Virus record (IMG/VR): IMGVR_UViG_3300034008_000032 | Direction: 5' to 3' (one strand) | DNA length: 64,000 nucleotides | Source of the DNA: a virus | In this document: in pieces, positions 8,499 to 17,897 of the stretch | How the letters are laid out: each line of letters starts with the position of its first letter | Numbering within the stretch: the first letter of the stretch is position 1 | Notes under the pieces: model-generated | Told to the model about the DNA's origin: nothing | Seen by the model: only the letters and a program-made list of their open reading frames with translations | Databases searched by the model: none | Translations under genes and position numbers: made by a program

Positions 8499-8526
8499 CA
8501 GCCCCCGGAGCCGATTCCGGGGGCTG
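8499..8526 (+). terminator. hairpin terminator
   Basis: CAGCCCCCGGA-gccgat-TCCGGGGGCTG, perfect 11-bp stem. Confidence 0.7.
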
Positions 8527-8553
8527 TGTCATGTCTGGCGTATCCTGGGCGGC

Positions 8554-8946
8554 ATGTCCGACAGTGGCCAGTACACCGATGCTGCTGGGGTCACGTGGGT
8601 GCAGCAGGGGTCCGTGCTGGCTGCTGTGGACCGCAGCATCAAGGCGGCCGGCGCGGCACTAGGCGAGAAGGATGCTGGGGCTGTGGCTGCGCTGCGGGTG
8701 CTGGCCCGCAACATAGACATGGCCTCCGGGCACGACGCCAGCGTCGGCGAGGACGGCGAGTTGGTGGAGGAGCGCAGGCCCCGCGGCTTCGATAACGTCA
8801 CCCTGCCCACCTTCCTCAAGTACCTGGACGCGTTGGGGCTGACCCCGGCTGGGCGTAAGGGCATCGAGGGTGACAGCAAGCCGAAGACCGGCCGTCCGCC
8901 GCGCCTGGCGTCGGTGGCCAACCTCATGCCGCCCAAGGTGGGCTAG
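8554..8946 (+). CDS. terS: terminase small subunit
   Basis: Directly precedes TerL; DNVTLPTFLKYLDALGLTP motif of actinophage TerS. Confidence 0.8.
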   Translation: MSDSGQYTDAAGVTWVQQGSVLAAVDRSIKAAGAALGEKDAGAVAALRVLARNIDMASGHDASVGEDGELVEERRPRGFDNVTLPTFLKYLDALGLTPAGRKGIEGDSKPKTGRPPRLASVANLMPPKVG

Positions 8947-8949
8947 TCC

Positions 8950-10563
8950 ATGGCGCTGGACCTGCAGCAGAAGCCCCTCATGGGGCACACGGTGCCGCGC
9001 ATATTCACACCGCCGTTGCGGGACGTAGACGACCCCGCCCACCCCGAGTACACGCACGGGTGGGCGTGCATCTGGTTCGCGGAGCATGTGCTGGGGCTGA
9101 CCCTGGACCCGTGGCAGAAGTGGCTGCTGCGGCACGCCCTCGAGGTCCGCCCTGACGGCTCGTTCCGCTTCCGCAACGTGGTGGTTCTGGTGGCCCGCCA
9201 GAACGGCAAGTCCACCCTGTCGCAGGTGCTGGCCCTCTACTTCCTGTACGCGCTGGGCACCCGGCTGGTGCTGGGCACAGCGCAAGACCTGGACACCGCC
9301 ACCGAGGTGTGGCAGGGCGCCGTGGACATGGTGATGGAGGAGGACGAGGACGAGTCCCCTGTCCGTCCCGAGTTGCGGGCGATGGTGGACCGCATCGTCA
9401 TGGTGAATGGGCAGAAGTCCCTGAACCTGATCACGAAGGCCCGCTACAAGGTGAAGGCGGCCAGCCGCCGCAGCGGGCGCGGTCTGTCCGGGGACCTGGT
9501 GATTTTGGACGAGTTGCGGGAGCATCAGACCTTCGATGCGTGGTCTGCCCTGACGGGCACCACCAACGCCCGCCCCAACGCGCAAATTTGGGCGCTGTCC
9601 AACGCCGGCGACGTCACCAGTGTGGTGCTGCGTTTCCTGCGCATGACCGCCCACGCTGCACTGGGGGACCCGGACGGCATCTGTGCTGCGGCGGACCCGG
9701 CCGCGCTGCTGAAGGCCGCCAACGAATCGGTGGACCTGGACGGCGACGACCTGGACGTCGAGGACGTGCCCGATGACACCCTGGGGCTGTTTGAGTGGTC
9801 AGCGCCGCCTGGCTGCCATGTGAAGGACCGCAAGGGGTGGGCGTACGCCAACCCCAGCCTGGGCTACGGCCGGGTGACCGAGCGCACCCTGCAGTCCAAG
9901 TCCAACGAGCCCGAGTGGGTGTGGCGCACAGAGGGGTTGTGTCAGTGGGCGGACGGCACCCTGGACGGCTTCTTTCCTGCCGGCGCCTGGGATGAGTGCC
10001 GGGACCGTGACAGCCGGCTGGCCGATGACAGCCCGGTGGTGCTGACCCTGGACGTGTCCTGGGACCGCAGCGCAGCCCATGTGGGCATTGTGGGGTTGCG
10101 CGACGACGGGCTGACGCACGTGGAGGTGTTGGCGTCATCTGGGCGGGGTGGGCTGCCCATGGGTACGGACTGGGTGTTGCCGTGGCTGCAGTCCCCCGAG
10201 CGCAGCCAGCGGGTGCGGACCGCTGGGATAGTGGCGCAGACCCGCGGTGCGCCGGTGTCGTCCATGGTGGAGGGGTTGGAGGCTGCAGGGCTGCGGGTCA
10301 TTCCGTGGGGCGGCGGTGACCTGGGCGCAGCAACCGGCTTCCTGTACGACCTGGTGCGGGAGGGGAAGGTGCGGCACCGCGGGCAGCCAGTGCTGGACGT
10401 GGCCGCAGCCACAGCCCTACCGAAGCCGATGGGTGACTCGTATGTGGTGGACCGCAAGAAGTCCCCGAATGACGCAGCCCCACTGGTGGGCATGGTGGGC
10501 GGCTGCTGGTTCCTGAGCGCCGAAGTGGCATCTGCGTATGATGTCCTTGACAGCGTGATGTGA
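8950..10563 (+). CDS. terL: terminase large subunit
   Basis: Walker A VARQNGKS, Walker B LVILDELREH, C-terminal nuclease LDVSWDRS. Confidence 0.95.
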   Translation: MALDLQQKPLMGHTVPRIFTPPLRDVDDPAHPEYTHGWACIWFAEHVLGLTLDPWQKWLLRHALEVRPDGSFRFRNVVVLVARQNGKSTLSQVLALYFLYALGTRLVLGTAQDLDTATEVWQGAVDMVMEEDEDESPVRPELRAMVDRIVMVNGQKSLNLITKARYKVKAASRRSGRGLSGDLVILDELREHQTFDAWSALTGTTNARPNAQIWALSNAGDVTSVVLRFLRMTAHAALGDPDGICAAADPAALLKAANESVDLDGDDLDVEDVPDDTLGLFEWSAPPGCHVKDRKGWAYANPSLGYGRVTERTLQSKSNEPEWVWRTEGLCQWADGTLDGFFPAGAWDECRDRDSRLADDSPVVLTLDVSWDRSAAHVGIVGLRDDGLTHVEVLASSGRGGLPMGTDWVLPWLQSPERSQRVRTAGIVAQTRGAPVSSMVEGLEAAGLRVIPWGGGDLGAATGFLYDLVREGKVRHRGQPVLDVAAATALPKPMGDSYVVDRKKSPNDAAPLVGMVGGCWFLSAEVASAYDVLDSVM

Positions 10564-10578
10564 GGAAGGGCTGACCCC

Positions 10579-10809
10579 GTGACGGACCGTGTGGTGATAG
10601 CCGCCCCCACCCTTGCCGAGGCTGACGCTGAGGCCCGGGAGTTGGGGCTGCAGTCACGGCAGGTGCTGTGCGTCACCAACGACAGCCTGCGGGCGCTGGC
10701 CGGGCACAAGGTCACAGAGGCCAATCTGGTGCGCGTCAACGAGGGGCGTTGGTCTGACGGGCTGCGGGACACCGTGGGGTACGCGCTGCTGGCCGGCGGC
10801 TACCAGTGA
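10579..10809 (+). CDS. hypothetical protein
   Basis: GGAAGG SD; ORF track. Confidence 0.6.
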   Translation: MTDRVVIAAPTLAEADAEARELGLQSRQVLCVTNDSLRALAGHKVTEANLVRVNEGRWSDGLRDTVGYALLAGGYQ

Positions 10810-11120
10810 CAGGGCAGCGGTGGCTGCTGCAGACTGACAGCGGCGCGCAGGTGGTGGCGTTCACAGAGGACCGGCCCGGGCAGGTCATGGTGGCCACGGA
10901 CCTGCTGCTGCGGCTGTTCAGCCTGGCCGGCATGACACCGATGGATGAGGGGGGACCTGTGGACGCAGCAGTGGCTGGTCAGGTGACCCGGGACACCCAC
11001 GGCCGGTGCACCGAGTGCGGCACCACCCCGGCGCAGAACCACCGCCCGGACTGCCGCCACTTCGGCGCAGCCCCGTACGAGACGCGCCCCACCCTGCAGC
11101 CTGGCGAGGAGCGCCGCTGA
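10806..11120 (+). CDS. hypothetical protein with C-terminal CxxC...H...C
   Basis: GTGA overlap; CTECG...HRPDC. Confidence 0.6.
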   Translation: MTGQRWLLQTDSGAQVVAFTEDRPGQVMVATDLLLRLFSLAGMTPMDEGGPVDAAVAGQVTRDTHGRCTECGTTPAQNHRPDCRHFGAAPYETRPTLQPGEERR

Positions 11121-11121
11121 C

Positions 11122-12366
11122 GTGGGCTGGTTCCGTGAGGCTATCGGTCTGCCCAGCAAGGAGGAGGCGCGGACGCTGACCGCCGAGACGCTGTGGGGTG
11201 ACGCGCTGCCGTTCAACTACGTCTCCGCCACAGGTGCTGCGCCGGTGTCCCCCACCAAGGCGTTAACCCTGGCCCCCGTCTACTCGTCTGTGCGGCTGCT
11301 GGCCGACAACATCTCCACCCTGCCTGTGCAGTCATACCGCAAGGTGGGCGACGAGCGCATCCCCAGCAACAAACTGCCGGCCATGTTCGACACCATGAAG
11401 GAGGCGGGGCTGCTGGTGCCGTGGCTGTACGCCGGCATCACCAGCCTGGCCCTGCGCGGCAACGCCTACGGCTACATCATCGACCGCGACGGCTGGGGGT
11501 ATCCCACCCTCACCGATTGGCTGGACCCGTCCGTGGTGGCACCCGACGACAGGCCCGGCGCCCGCGGCGGCTGGCTGGTGAAGGGCCGGCCGGTGCCGCG
11601 CGCCGACATCGTCCACATTGTCCGCTTCGCGCAGGCAGGCAGCCGGCTGGGGTTGTCACCCATCGGGGCGTTCGCTGCAACGATGGGCGTTGCCTTGTCC
11701 GCCAAGGACTACACCCGGACATGGTTCGACAACGGCGGCTTCCCGCCCGGGTCGTTCAAGAACACCGCCAAGACTGTGACCACCACCGAGGCTGAGGTCA
11801 TCAGTAACCGGCTGACCGCAGCCATTCGCGGGCGGCGCCCCATCGTGTACGGCTCGGACTGGGACTACCAGGCCATCACCGTGCCCGAAAAGGAGGCACA
11901 GTTCCTGGCCACCATGAAGGCGACGGCCAGCGAAATCGCCGCCATTTACGGCATCCCCCCGGAGATGGTGGGCGGCGAGTCGGGCAGCAGCATGACGTAC
12001 GCCAACGTGGAGCAGAATCAGATCAACTTCGTGATGCTGACACTGCGCCCTTGGCTGGTCATCCTCGAGGCCGCATTCTCAGCCCTCATCCCGGCCGGGC
12101 AGTATATTAAGTTCAACCCGGATGCGCTAGTGCGGGCAGACCTCAAGACGCGGTGGGAAGTTAACCAAATCCGCCTCACTGTGGGTGCTGCCAGTGTTAA
12201 CGAAATTCGGGCGCAGGAAGATGAGCAGCCGATACCGGGCGGGGACGTGTACGCCAAGCCCGCAGCGGCTGCGCCAGCAGCACCACCCGCAGCACCCACC
12301 AGCCAGCCGGACACCACGCAGGACACACCAGCCGGCGAGCCAACGCCGTTACGGAGGATCTCATGA
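11122..12366 (+). CDS. portal protein (HK97 type)
   Basis: VYSSVRLLADNISTLP, ALRGNAY, GLSPI, IAAIYGIPP, TYANVEQ motifs. Confidence 0.95.
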   Translation: MGWFREAIGLPSKEEARTLTAETLWGDALPFNYVSATGAAPVSPTKALTLAPVYSSVRLLADNISTLPVQSYRKVGDERIPSNKLPAMFDTMKEAGLLVPWLYAGITSLALRGNAYGYIIDRDGWGYPTLTDWLDPSVVAPDDRPGARGGWLVKGRPVPRADIVHIVRFAQAGSRLGLSPIGAFAATMGVALSAKDYTRTWFDNGGFPPGSFKNTAKTVTTTEAEVISNRLTAAIRGRRPIVYGSDWDYQAITVPEKEAQFLATMKATASEIAAIYGIPPEMVGGESGSSMTYANVEQNQINFVMLTLRPWLVILEAAFSALIPAGQYIKFNPDALVRADLKTRWEVNQIRLTVGAASVNEIRAQEDEQPIPGGDVYAKPAAAAPAAPPAAPTSQPDTTQDTPAGEPTPLRRIS

Positions 12367-13049
12367 CTGACAACACCGAGCGGCGCTTCACTGCCAGCCA
12401 GGTGGAGGTGCGGGCCGCTGACGCTGACAAGCGCAGCATCGGCGGGTACGCAGCCAAGTTCCACAAGCCCAGCCAGAACCTGGGCGGCTTCGTGGAGTTC
12501 ATCGACGCGAAGGCGTTCAACCGTTCCCGCGGTGACGGCTGGCCGGACGTGATGGCCCGCTACAACCACGACGACATGTGGCTGCTGGGGACCACCAGCG
12601 CACGCACCCTGCGGTTGGAGACCGACGACGTCGGGCTGGTGTACACCGTCGACACCCCCCGCAGCCGCGCGGACGTGTACGAGTTGGTGCAGCGCGGCGA
12701 CGTCACCAAGTCCTCGTTCGCCTTCCGGGTCATCGGTGCGGACGGCGAGGAGTGGGGGCTGTCTGACCAGAACTTCCCGCAGCGCACCCTGCTGTCTGTG
12801 CAACTGGTGGATGTGGCGCCGGTCAACACCCCCGCCTACAAGGACACCAGCACCGCCATCCGCAGCCTGGCGCAGAAGTTCAACGCACCAGTGGACGAGG
12901 TGCGGGCCCTGTCCGAGTCAGGGGACCTGACGAAGTTCTTCGCCCGCTCGGACGGTGGCGCGGGGAAGCCCGGCTACCACAAGCGGACGTTCGGACCGGC
13001 CGCGCTTATGGCGCTGCAGTCCAAGACGCGGGACCCACACGCCAAGTAG
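12363..13049 (+). CDS. prohead maturation protease (HK97 family)
   Basis: IGGYAAKF, ARYNHDD, SSFAF, VDVAPVNTPAY. Confidence 0.95.
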   Translation: MTDNTERRFTASQVEVRAADADKRSIGGYAAKFHKPSQNLGGFVEFIDAKAFNRSRGDGWPDVMARYNHDDMWLLGTTSARTLRLETDDVGLVYTVDTPRSRADVYELVQRGDVTKSSFAFRVIGADGEEWGLSDQNFPQRTLLSVQLVDVAPVNTPAYKDTSTAIRSLAQKFNAPVDEVRALSESGDLTKFFARSDGGAGKPGYHKRTFGPAALMALQSKTRDPHAK

Positions 13050-13071
13050 CACTGCTGCTACGCTTTCACCA

Positions 13072-13200
13072 CTAGACCACCGGACTGGCCGGCTCGGGCG
13101 ACACCCGCCCGGCCAGTCCCACTAGACACCAGCCAGGTACACCCTGCAGGCTCGGGCGCAACCCGCTCTGCGACACCCCCCATTCCCATTTATGGAAGGT
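13072..13200 (+). promoter_or_regulatory. structured leader upstream of the capsid gene
   Basis: GGACTGGCCGG...CCGGCCAGTCC stem (13082-13119); two GGCTCGGGCGNNACCCGC units; two CACTAGAC. Confidence 0.5.
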
Positions 13201-13209
13201 GGCGCGCTC

Positions 13210-14484
13210 ATGAGCGACGTCGTAGCAAAGCTCCGGGACCGGCGCACCCGTGTGGTCGAAGAGGCCCGCAGGCTGGCCGAGATCGCCGCGGAGGCGAACC
13301 GCAACTTCTCCGGCGAGGAGGAGGCGCAGTGGCAGACCTTGAACTCTGAGATCGACGCGCTGGACAAGCGCATCGGTGCCATGGTGGAGGGCGAGACCCG
13401 CGCGAAGAAGACCGAGGACGCCATGCGCGACCTCGAGGGCAAGCCGCGCGTGGACGGACGCTCGGACCGTGACGACCAGCGCAGCGGCGGTGACCGTGAC
13501 GGCGGCGCAGGTGACGCTGGTATGTCGGACTACGAGGTGCAACTCCGGGGCATGCTGACCGGCGCCTCCGGTGCACCGCGGGCCATCGACGTGAAGCCGA
13601 AGGGCAAGGTGGACTTCCGCACCCTGTCCAAGTTGACGGCGCCGGCCGGCGGCAACACCATCCCCACCACGTTCTACGACCAGTTGATCCAGCACATGAT
13701 CGAGACGTCCTCGGTGCTGCAGGCTGGGGTGCGGGTGCTGAACACCACCGGCGGGGAGACCATCCAGATCCCGAAGACCACCACGCACAGCACTGCTGGG
13801 CTGGTGGCTGAGGCTGCCGCCATCGGGGTGTCCGACCCGGCGTTCGCGCAGGCCAGCCTGTCCGCCTACAAGTACGGCGTGATGGTGCAGGTGTCCCGCG
13901 AGTTGGTGGACGACTCCGCGGTGGACCTCATGGGCTACCTGGCCGAGGAGACGGGCCGGGCGCTGGGGAACGCGTTCGGCGCGCACCTCGTCACGGGCAC
14001 CGGCTCCAGCCAGCCGCGCGGCATCACCCTGGACAGCACGCTGGGTGTGACCGCCACCGGCGGCGGCAGCCCCACGGGTGACAACCTCATCGACCTGTAC
14101 TACTCCCTCATCGCGCCGTACCGCAACGCCCCCTCGGCTGCGTGGATGATGAAGGACACGTCGGTGGGTGCCCTGCGCAAGGTGAAGGACACCACCGGCC
14201 AGTACATCTGGCAGCAGGGGCTGGTGGCCGGTGCGCCGGACATGATCCTCGGCAAGCCGGTGCTGACGGACCCGTTCATGCCCGCAGTGGGTGTGGGCGC
14301 CAAGTCGGTGCTGTTCGGGGACTTCTCCCGGTACTTCGTGCGGCTGGCCGGCGGCATCCGCTTCGAGCGGTCCGACGAGTACGCCTTCAACACGGACCTC
14401 GTGACCTTCCGTGCGCTGCTGCGCGGTGACGGTGCGCTGATCGACACGTCCGGCGCTGTCAAGCACATCCTGGGCGCTGCCTAA
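13210..14484 (+). CDS. major capsid protein (HK97 fold, with N-terminal delta domain)
   Basis: Coiled-coil N-terminus; GGNTIPTTF, YKYGVMVQVSRELVDDS, ILGKPV, FGDFSRY. Confidence 0.95.
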   Translation: MSDVVAKLRDRRTRVVEEARRLAEIAAEANRNFSGEEEAQWQTLNSEIDALDKRIGAMVEGETRAKKTEDAMRDLEGKPRVDGRSDRDDQRSGGDRDGGAGDAGMSDYEVQLRGMLTGASGAPRAIDVKPKGKVDFRTLSKLTAPAGGNTIPTTFYDQLIQHMIETSSVLQAGVRVLNTTGGETIQIPKTTTHSTAGLVAEAAAIGVSDPAFAQASLSAYKYGVMVQVSRELVDDSAVDLMGYLAEETGRALGNAFGAHLVTGTGSSQPRGITLDSTLGVTATGGGSPTGDNLIDLYYSLIAPYRNAPSAAWMMKDTSVGALRKVKDTTGQYIWQQGLVAGAPDMILGKPVLTDPFMPAVGVGAKSVLFGDFSRYFVRLAGGIRFERSDEYAFNTDLVTFRALLRGDGALIDTSGAVKHILGAA

Positions 14485-14492
14485 GTCGGCCA

Positions 14493-14523
14493 GGGGGGTG
14501 CAGGTTCGTAGCCTGCGCCCCCC
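14493..14523 (+). terminator. hairpin after the capsid gene
   Basis: GGGGGGTGCAGG-ttcgtag-CCTGCGCCCCCC. Confidence 0.6.
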
Positions 14524-14547
14524 TCTCAACTCGCAAAGGAGGTCGAC

Positions 14548-14718
14548 GTGCCACTGACCTGGGACGAGGACAAGAACGCGTGGGCGGGTGGCCCTGCCAT
14601 CGCGCCCGCTGACGTGGCTGTGGCGGCACCAACCAAGGCCGAGTTTGACGCCCTGGTCGCCAAGTTCAACGCGCTGCTGGTCGCTGCGCGTGACGCCGGA
14701 CTGATCGCACTCGACTAG
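14548..14718 (+). CDS. head fibre/decoration-like peptide (56 aa)
   Basis: AAAGGAGG SD; APTKAEFDALVAKFNALLVAARDAGLI resembles the head-fibre motif; missing from the ORF track. Confidence 0.65.
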   Translation: MPLTWDEDKNAWAGGPAIAPADVAVAAPTKAEFDALVAKFNALLVAARDAGLIALD

Positions 14719-14753
14719 CCACCGGCTAGCGGACACACGAGAGAGAGATTCAC

Positions 14754-15248
14754 ATGGGAAACGTCAAGGTACTTCTCACCGGCGACATCACGGGCGCGCG
14801 TGACGGGCAGCCGTGGCCGCCCGCCGGCAGCGTCATCGAGTTGCCCGAGGATGAGGCGCAGTCGCTGGTGCACAGCGGCATGGCGAAGGCTGCCAGCGGC
14901 GCGAAGGACACCGCGGACCTGGCGGCAGCCGCCAAGGTGGTGCTGGACGAGGTGACCACGCAGCAGGTGAAGCACGCCACCACCACCCGCGAGCGTCAGG
15001 CTGTGTCCAAGCGCGCGCACGAGCCCATCAACCTGGGTGTGGCTGCGGACCTGCAGCCGGCCGAGGACGACAACGGCCCGCGGCTGCCTGAGGTCAACGC
15101 CGAGGAGTCGGCAAAGGTGGAGGATCCGGCGGTGGACACGTCCAGCGAGGACGGGCCCACCGGCGAGCAGAAGCCGCCGACGCCTAGCCCCGAGTCCGAG
15201 CAGGTGGAGGTCAAGGTCAGCAGGACCCCCGCCAAGTCGGGCAAGTAG
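14754..15248 (+). CDS. hypothetical head-region protein
   Basis: GARDGQPWPPAGSVIELPEDEAQSLV N-terminus seen after actinophage capsid genes. Confidence 0.75.
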   Translation: MGNVKVLLTGDITGARDGQPWPPAGSVIELPEDEAQSLVHSGMAKAASGAKDTADLAAAAKVVLDEVTTQQVKHATTTRERQAVSKRAHEPINLGVAADLQPAEDDNGPRLPEVNAEESAKVEDPAVDTSSEDGPTGEQKPPTPSPESEQVEVKVSRTPAKSGK

Positions 15249-15259
15249 TCCCGGCACGG

Positions 15260-15868
15260 ATGCTGGACGCCACCTACCCCGGTGTGCGCACGGAACGCGA
15301 ACAGGCCACCAGGGACATGCTGCTGGCCCTGTTCGCGGACCAAGAGTTCGACGTGCTGCAGGCGCGGCGGGTGTTGGGCGCTGACTGGGATGAGCGTCTG
15401 GCGGACGCCATGCTCGAGGCCAACATGGTCACGGGCACTGCGGTGGGGGACCGGGTGGCTGACGGGCTGGGCGGCGACTGGGTGCCGGCCGCTATGGCAG
15501 CGTGGCTGACCGTCAACGCCCGGCTGGGCGCCCGGGCCATCAATGACTCGACCAGGGCGGCGCTGGCCAAGGCCGTTGACCGCGAAGCCAAGGCACTCGC
15601 CTTCCAGCAGTTGGCGAACGCAGCCCCCGGCTATGCGCAGTCAATGGTCACCACAGCCTCCATGCTGGGGTCCCTGGACGCAGCCGAAGCGTCTGGGGCG
15701 CGGCAGAAGACGTGGCTAGCGCGGCCGGGCAGTCAACGGCACGCCAAATACTCAGGCGTGAGCGTCGTGTTGGGTAGGAAATTTGCTAACGGGATGAAGG
15801 GGCCGGGTGACCCGGCCGGCGGCGCCGATCAGGTGGCGAACTGCCACTGCTCGCTCGGGTTCGACTAA
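15260..15868 (+). CDS. MuF-like minor head protein
   Basis: KTW...RH......F.NG...PGDP.G...VANCHC. Confidence 0.75.
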   Translation: MLDATYPGVRTEREQATRDMLLALFADQEFDVLQARRVLGADWDERLADAMLEANMVTGTAVGDRVADGLGGDWVPAAMAAWLTVNARLGARAINDSTRAALAKAVDREAKALAFQQLANAAPGYAQSMVTTASMLGSLDAAEASGARQKTWLARPGSQRHAKYSGVSVVLGRKFANGMKGPGDPAGGADQVANCHCSLGFD

Positions 15869-15881
15869 GGAAAGGCGCGGC

Positions 15882-16394
15882 GTGAACACACTGGTCAGTC
15901 CAGCCGAACTGCTGCCGTTCGGGCAGTTCGCTGATGAGTTCGTGGACGCAGCCGCTGCTGGTGTGCGCGGCGACGCGGACTGGCACATCGCGCCCCGCAT
16001 GACCGAGACGGTGCGTGTGGTCCTGCGCGGCGGCGAGCGGGACACGCTGGTGTTGCCGCACACCCGCGACATGGCCGGCGCGCCGGTGGTCGTTAACAGC
16101 GTCACAGGCAACGGGGTGCTGCTGGGCGGCTGGGACTACGCGGAGGGGTGCGTGGTCCGCAGCAGTCTGGGCTGGCGCGCGTACCGGTCGGTGCTGGTCA
16201 GCATCACGCACGGCTTCGTGACCTGCCCCCCGGACCTGCTGCCGGTGCTGGCGACCCGCGCGCAGGCTGCGAAGTCGCCGCGCGACAGCAGGGTGTCGTC
16301 CTTCACCAACGGCGCCATACAGATGGCGTTTGGGGACCTGGCGTCGGTGGACCCCACCATCGCCCGGTATGCCGTCATCGGTGGGGTGGCGTAG
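15882..16394 (+). CDS. head-tail adaptor
   Basis: GGAAAGG SD; AAAGVRGDADWHIAP; position in the operon. Confidence 0.7.
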   Translation: MNTLVSPAELLPFGQFADEFVDAAAAGVRGDADWHIAPRMTETVRVVLRGGERDTLVLPHTRDMAGAPVVVNSVTGNGVLLGGWDYAEGCVVRSSLGWRAYRSVLVSITHGFVTCPPDLLPVLATRAQAAKSPRDSRVSSFTNGAIQMAFGDLASVDPTIARYAVIGGVA

Positions 16395-16714
16395 TGGCCG
16401 AGATCGAGGGGTGGCTGCTGCCCAGCGAAGTGGACGTGGAGACGTATCGCGGCGACAGCGCGTACGGCGACACCTACGCCCCGAAGGTCACAGTCGACTG
16501 CGCCATCGATGACGAGGCGCGGCTGGTCCGCGGGTCCAACGGCGACGAGGTGTTGGCGTCCACCACCCTGCGGCTGTTCCTGCGCGACGGCCCCAAGTTC
16601 AGACTGGACAGCAGGGTGACGGTCCGCGGCCGGCGCACATTCGTCATCGCCACATCGGACCGGCGCACGGACGGGCTGGGGCTGGGCGACCACTTCGAGG
16701 TGGCGCTGCGATGA
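16394..16714 (+). CDS. head-tail stopper
   Basis: YRGDSAYGDTY...RLVRGSNGDEV...SRVTV. Confidence 0.75.
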   Translation: MAEIEGWLLPSEVDVETYRGDSAYGDTYAPKVTVDCAIDDEARLVRGSNGDEVLASTTLRLFLRDGPKFRLDSRVTVRGRRTFVIATSDRRTDGLGLGDHFEVALR

Positions 16715-17046
16715 GGTTGGTGTGGCACGGGGACCGGGTGCGTAAGACGTTGCACGAGCGGGCTGAGCGTGCTGCGCGGCTGGGCGCGGAGCGGCTACTG
16801 GAGACCAGCAACAGCCGTGTCCCGAATGACCCGAAGACGCACGGCACGGACCTGCAGGACAGCGGCCAGGTGACGGTGGACGGCACCACCGCTGCGGTGT
16901 CGTACGGCACCCCGTACGCCATCGCGCAGCACGAGGCCCTGTCCTGGGAGCACCGCCCCGGGCAGCAGGCTAAGTTCCTCGAGTCCGCCATGGCCGACGA
17001 CGCCGAGCAGGTCCGCGCCATCATCCATAGGGCGCTGAAACTGTGA
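16711..17046 (+). CDS. neck / tail-completion protein (HK97 gp10-like)
   Basis: VSYGTPYAIAQHE...HRPGQQAKFLE. Confidence 0.75.
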   Translation: MRLVWHGDRVRKTLHERAERAARLGAERLLETSNSRVPNDPKTHGTDLQDSGQVTVDGTTAAVSYGTPYAIAQHEALSWEHRPGQQAKFLESAMADDAEQVRAIIHRALKL

Positions 17047-17507
17047 CCACCCCAGTACTTGAGGACCCGGCGGACTTCCGGCGCCGGCTGGTGACAGGCA
17101 CCGCGCTACTCATCGCCGGCGAGGGCATTGGCACCTGGAACGCCACCGGCACGTACACAGCAGCCCAGACCGGCATCTTCGTTATGGCGCAGCCGGACAC
17201 CCCGGACCGGCAGGTGGTGCTGTCCCCGTTCACCCTGACAGACCAGCCGGACGGGTCCATGTCACTGGAGGGGCTGCAGGTCAAGACACGCGGCAAGTCC
17301 GGGGACCCGTTCGATGTGACTGACCTGGACGACCGCATCTTCCGGCTGCTGCACGCACGCACCAACTACACACTCAGCACAGGCATTAGAATCGTGCAAA
17401 GCCTACGGAGATCGTCTGCCAGTCTGGGCCAGGACAGCAGCCGGCGTTGGTCGTGGACGAGCAACTACTACCTCGACGCGTATCACCCCGCACCGAATCG
17501 CACCTAG
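17043..17507 (+). CDS. tail terminator
   Basis: IFVMAQPDTPDRQVVL, LQVKTRG, LGQDSSRRW.W..NY. Confidence 0.75.
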   Translation: MTTPVLEDPADFRRRLVTGTALLIAGEGIGTWNATGTYTAAQTGIFVMAQPDTPDRQVVLSPFTLTDQPDGSMSLEGLQVKTRGKSGDPFDVTDLDDRIFRLLHARTNYTLSTGIRIVQSLRRSSASLGQDSSRRWSWTSNYYLDAYHPAPNRT

Positions 17508-17519
17508 GAGCGACCAGCC

Positions 17520-17894
17520 ATGGCCCAGTTCACCTATGACATCGTGCCCGGCGTTACCGGCGTCATCACCGCCGAGGGCGCCCTGGCGGACGTGTACCGC
17601 CGAGACGCCACCTACACCGAGGTGGTCGACGCAGCCGAAGTGGAAGACCTGAAAGGCAAGGCGCTTGACAAGGCGTTGCATGATGCGGGACTGCCCACCA
17701 GCGGGTCCGCCGCAGACAAGCGTGCACGTCTGGCCGACGCCGCCGCCGCCCACCAGCCGCCCGCAGGCTTCGACAAAGCGCAGATTGCGGCGCAGGCGCA
17801 GACCGCTGTGGTGGAGGACTTCGACACCGCTGCTGCACAACCCAACACCCCAGGCGCACCCGCTGACCGCGACGCCCAGACCGAGGAGAAGTAG
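17520..17894 (+). CDS. SAP/HeH-like domain protein
   Basis: LKGKALDKALHDAGLPTSGSAADKRARL. Confidence 0.6.
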   Translation: MAQFTYDIVPGVTGVITAEGALADVYRRDATYTEVVDAAEVEDLKGKALDKALHDAGLPTSGSAADKRARLADAAAAHQPPAGFDKAQIAAQAQTAVVEDFDTAAAQPNTPGAPADRDAQTEEK

Positions 17895-17897
17895 ACC

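Noticed and set aside
8541-8546. Candidate late promoters (TATCCT 8541, TACGCT near 13060, TACGAT near 56250)
   Set aside because: Plausible -10 hexamers, but I found no shared upstream motif; too weak without TSS data
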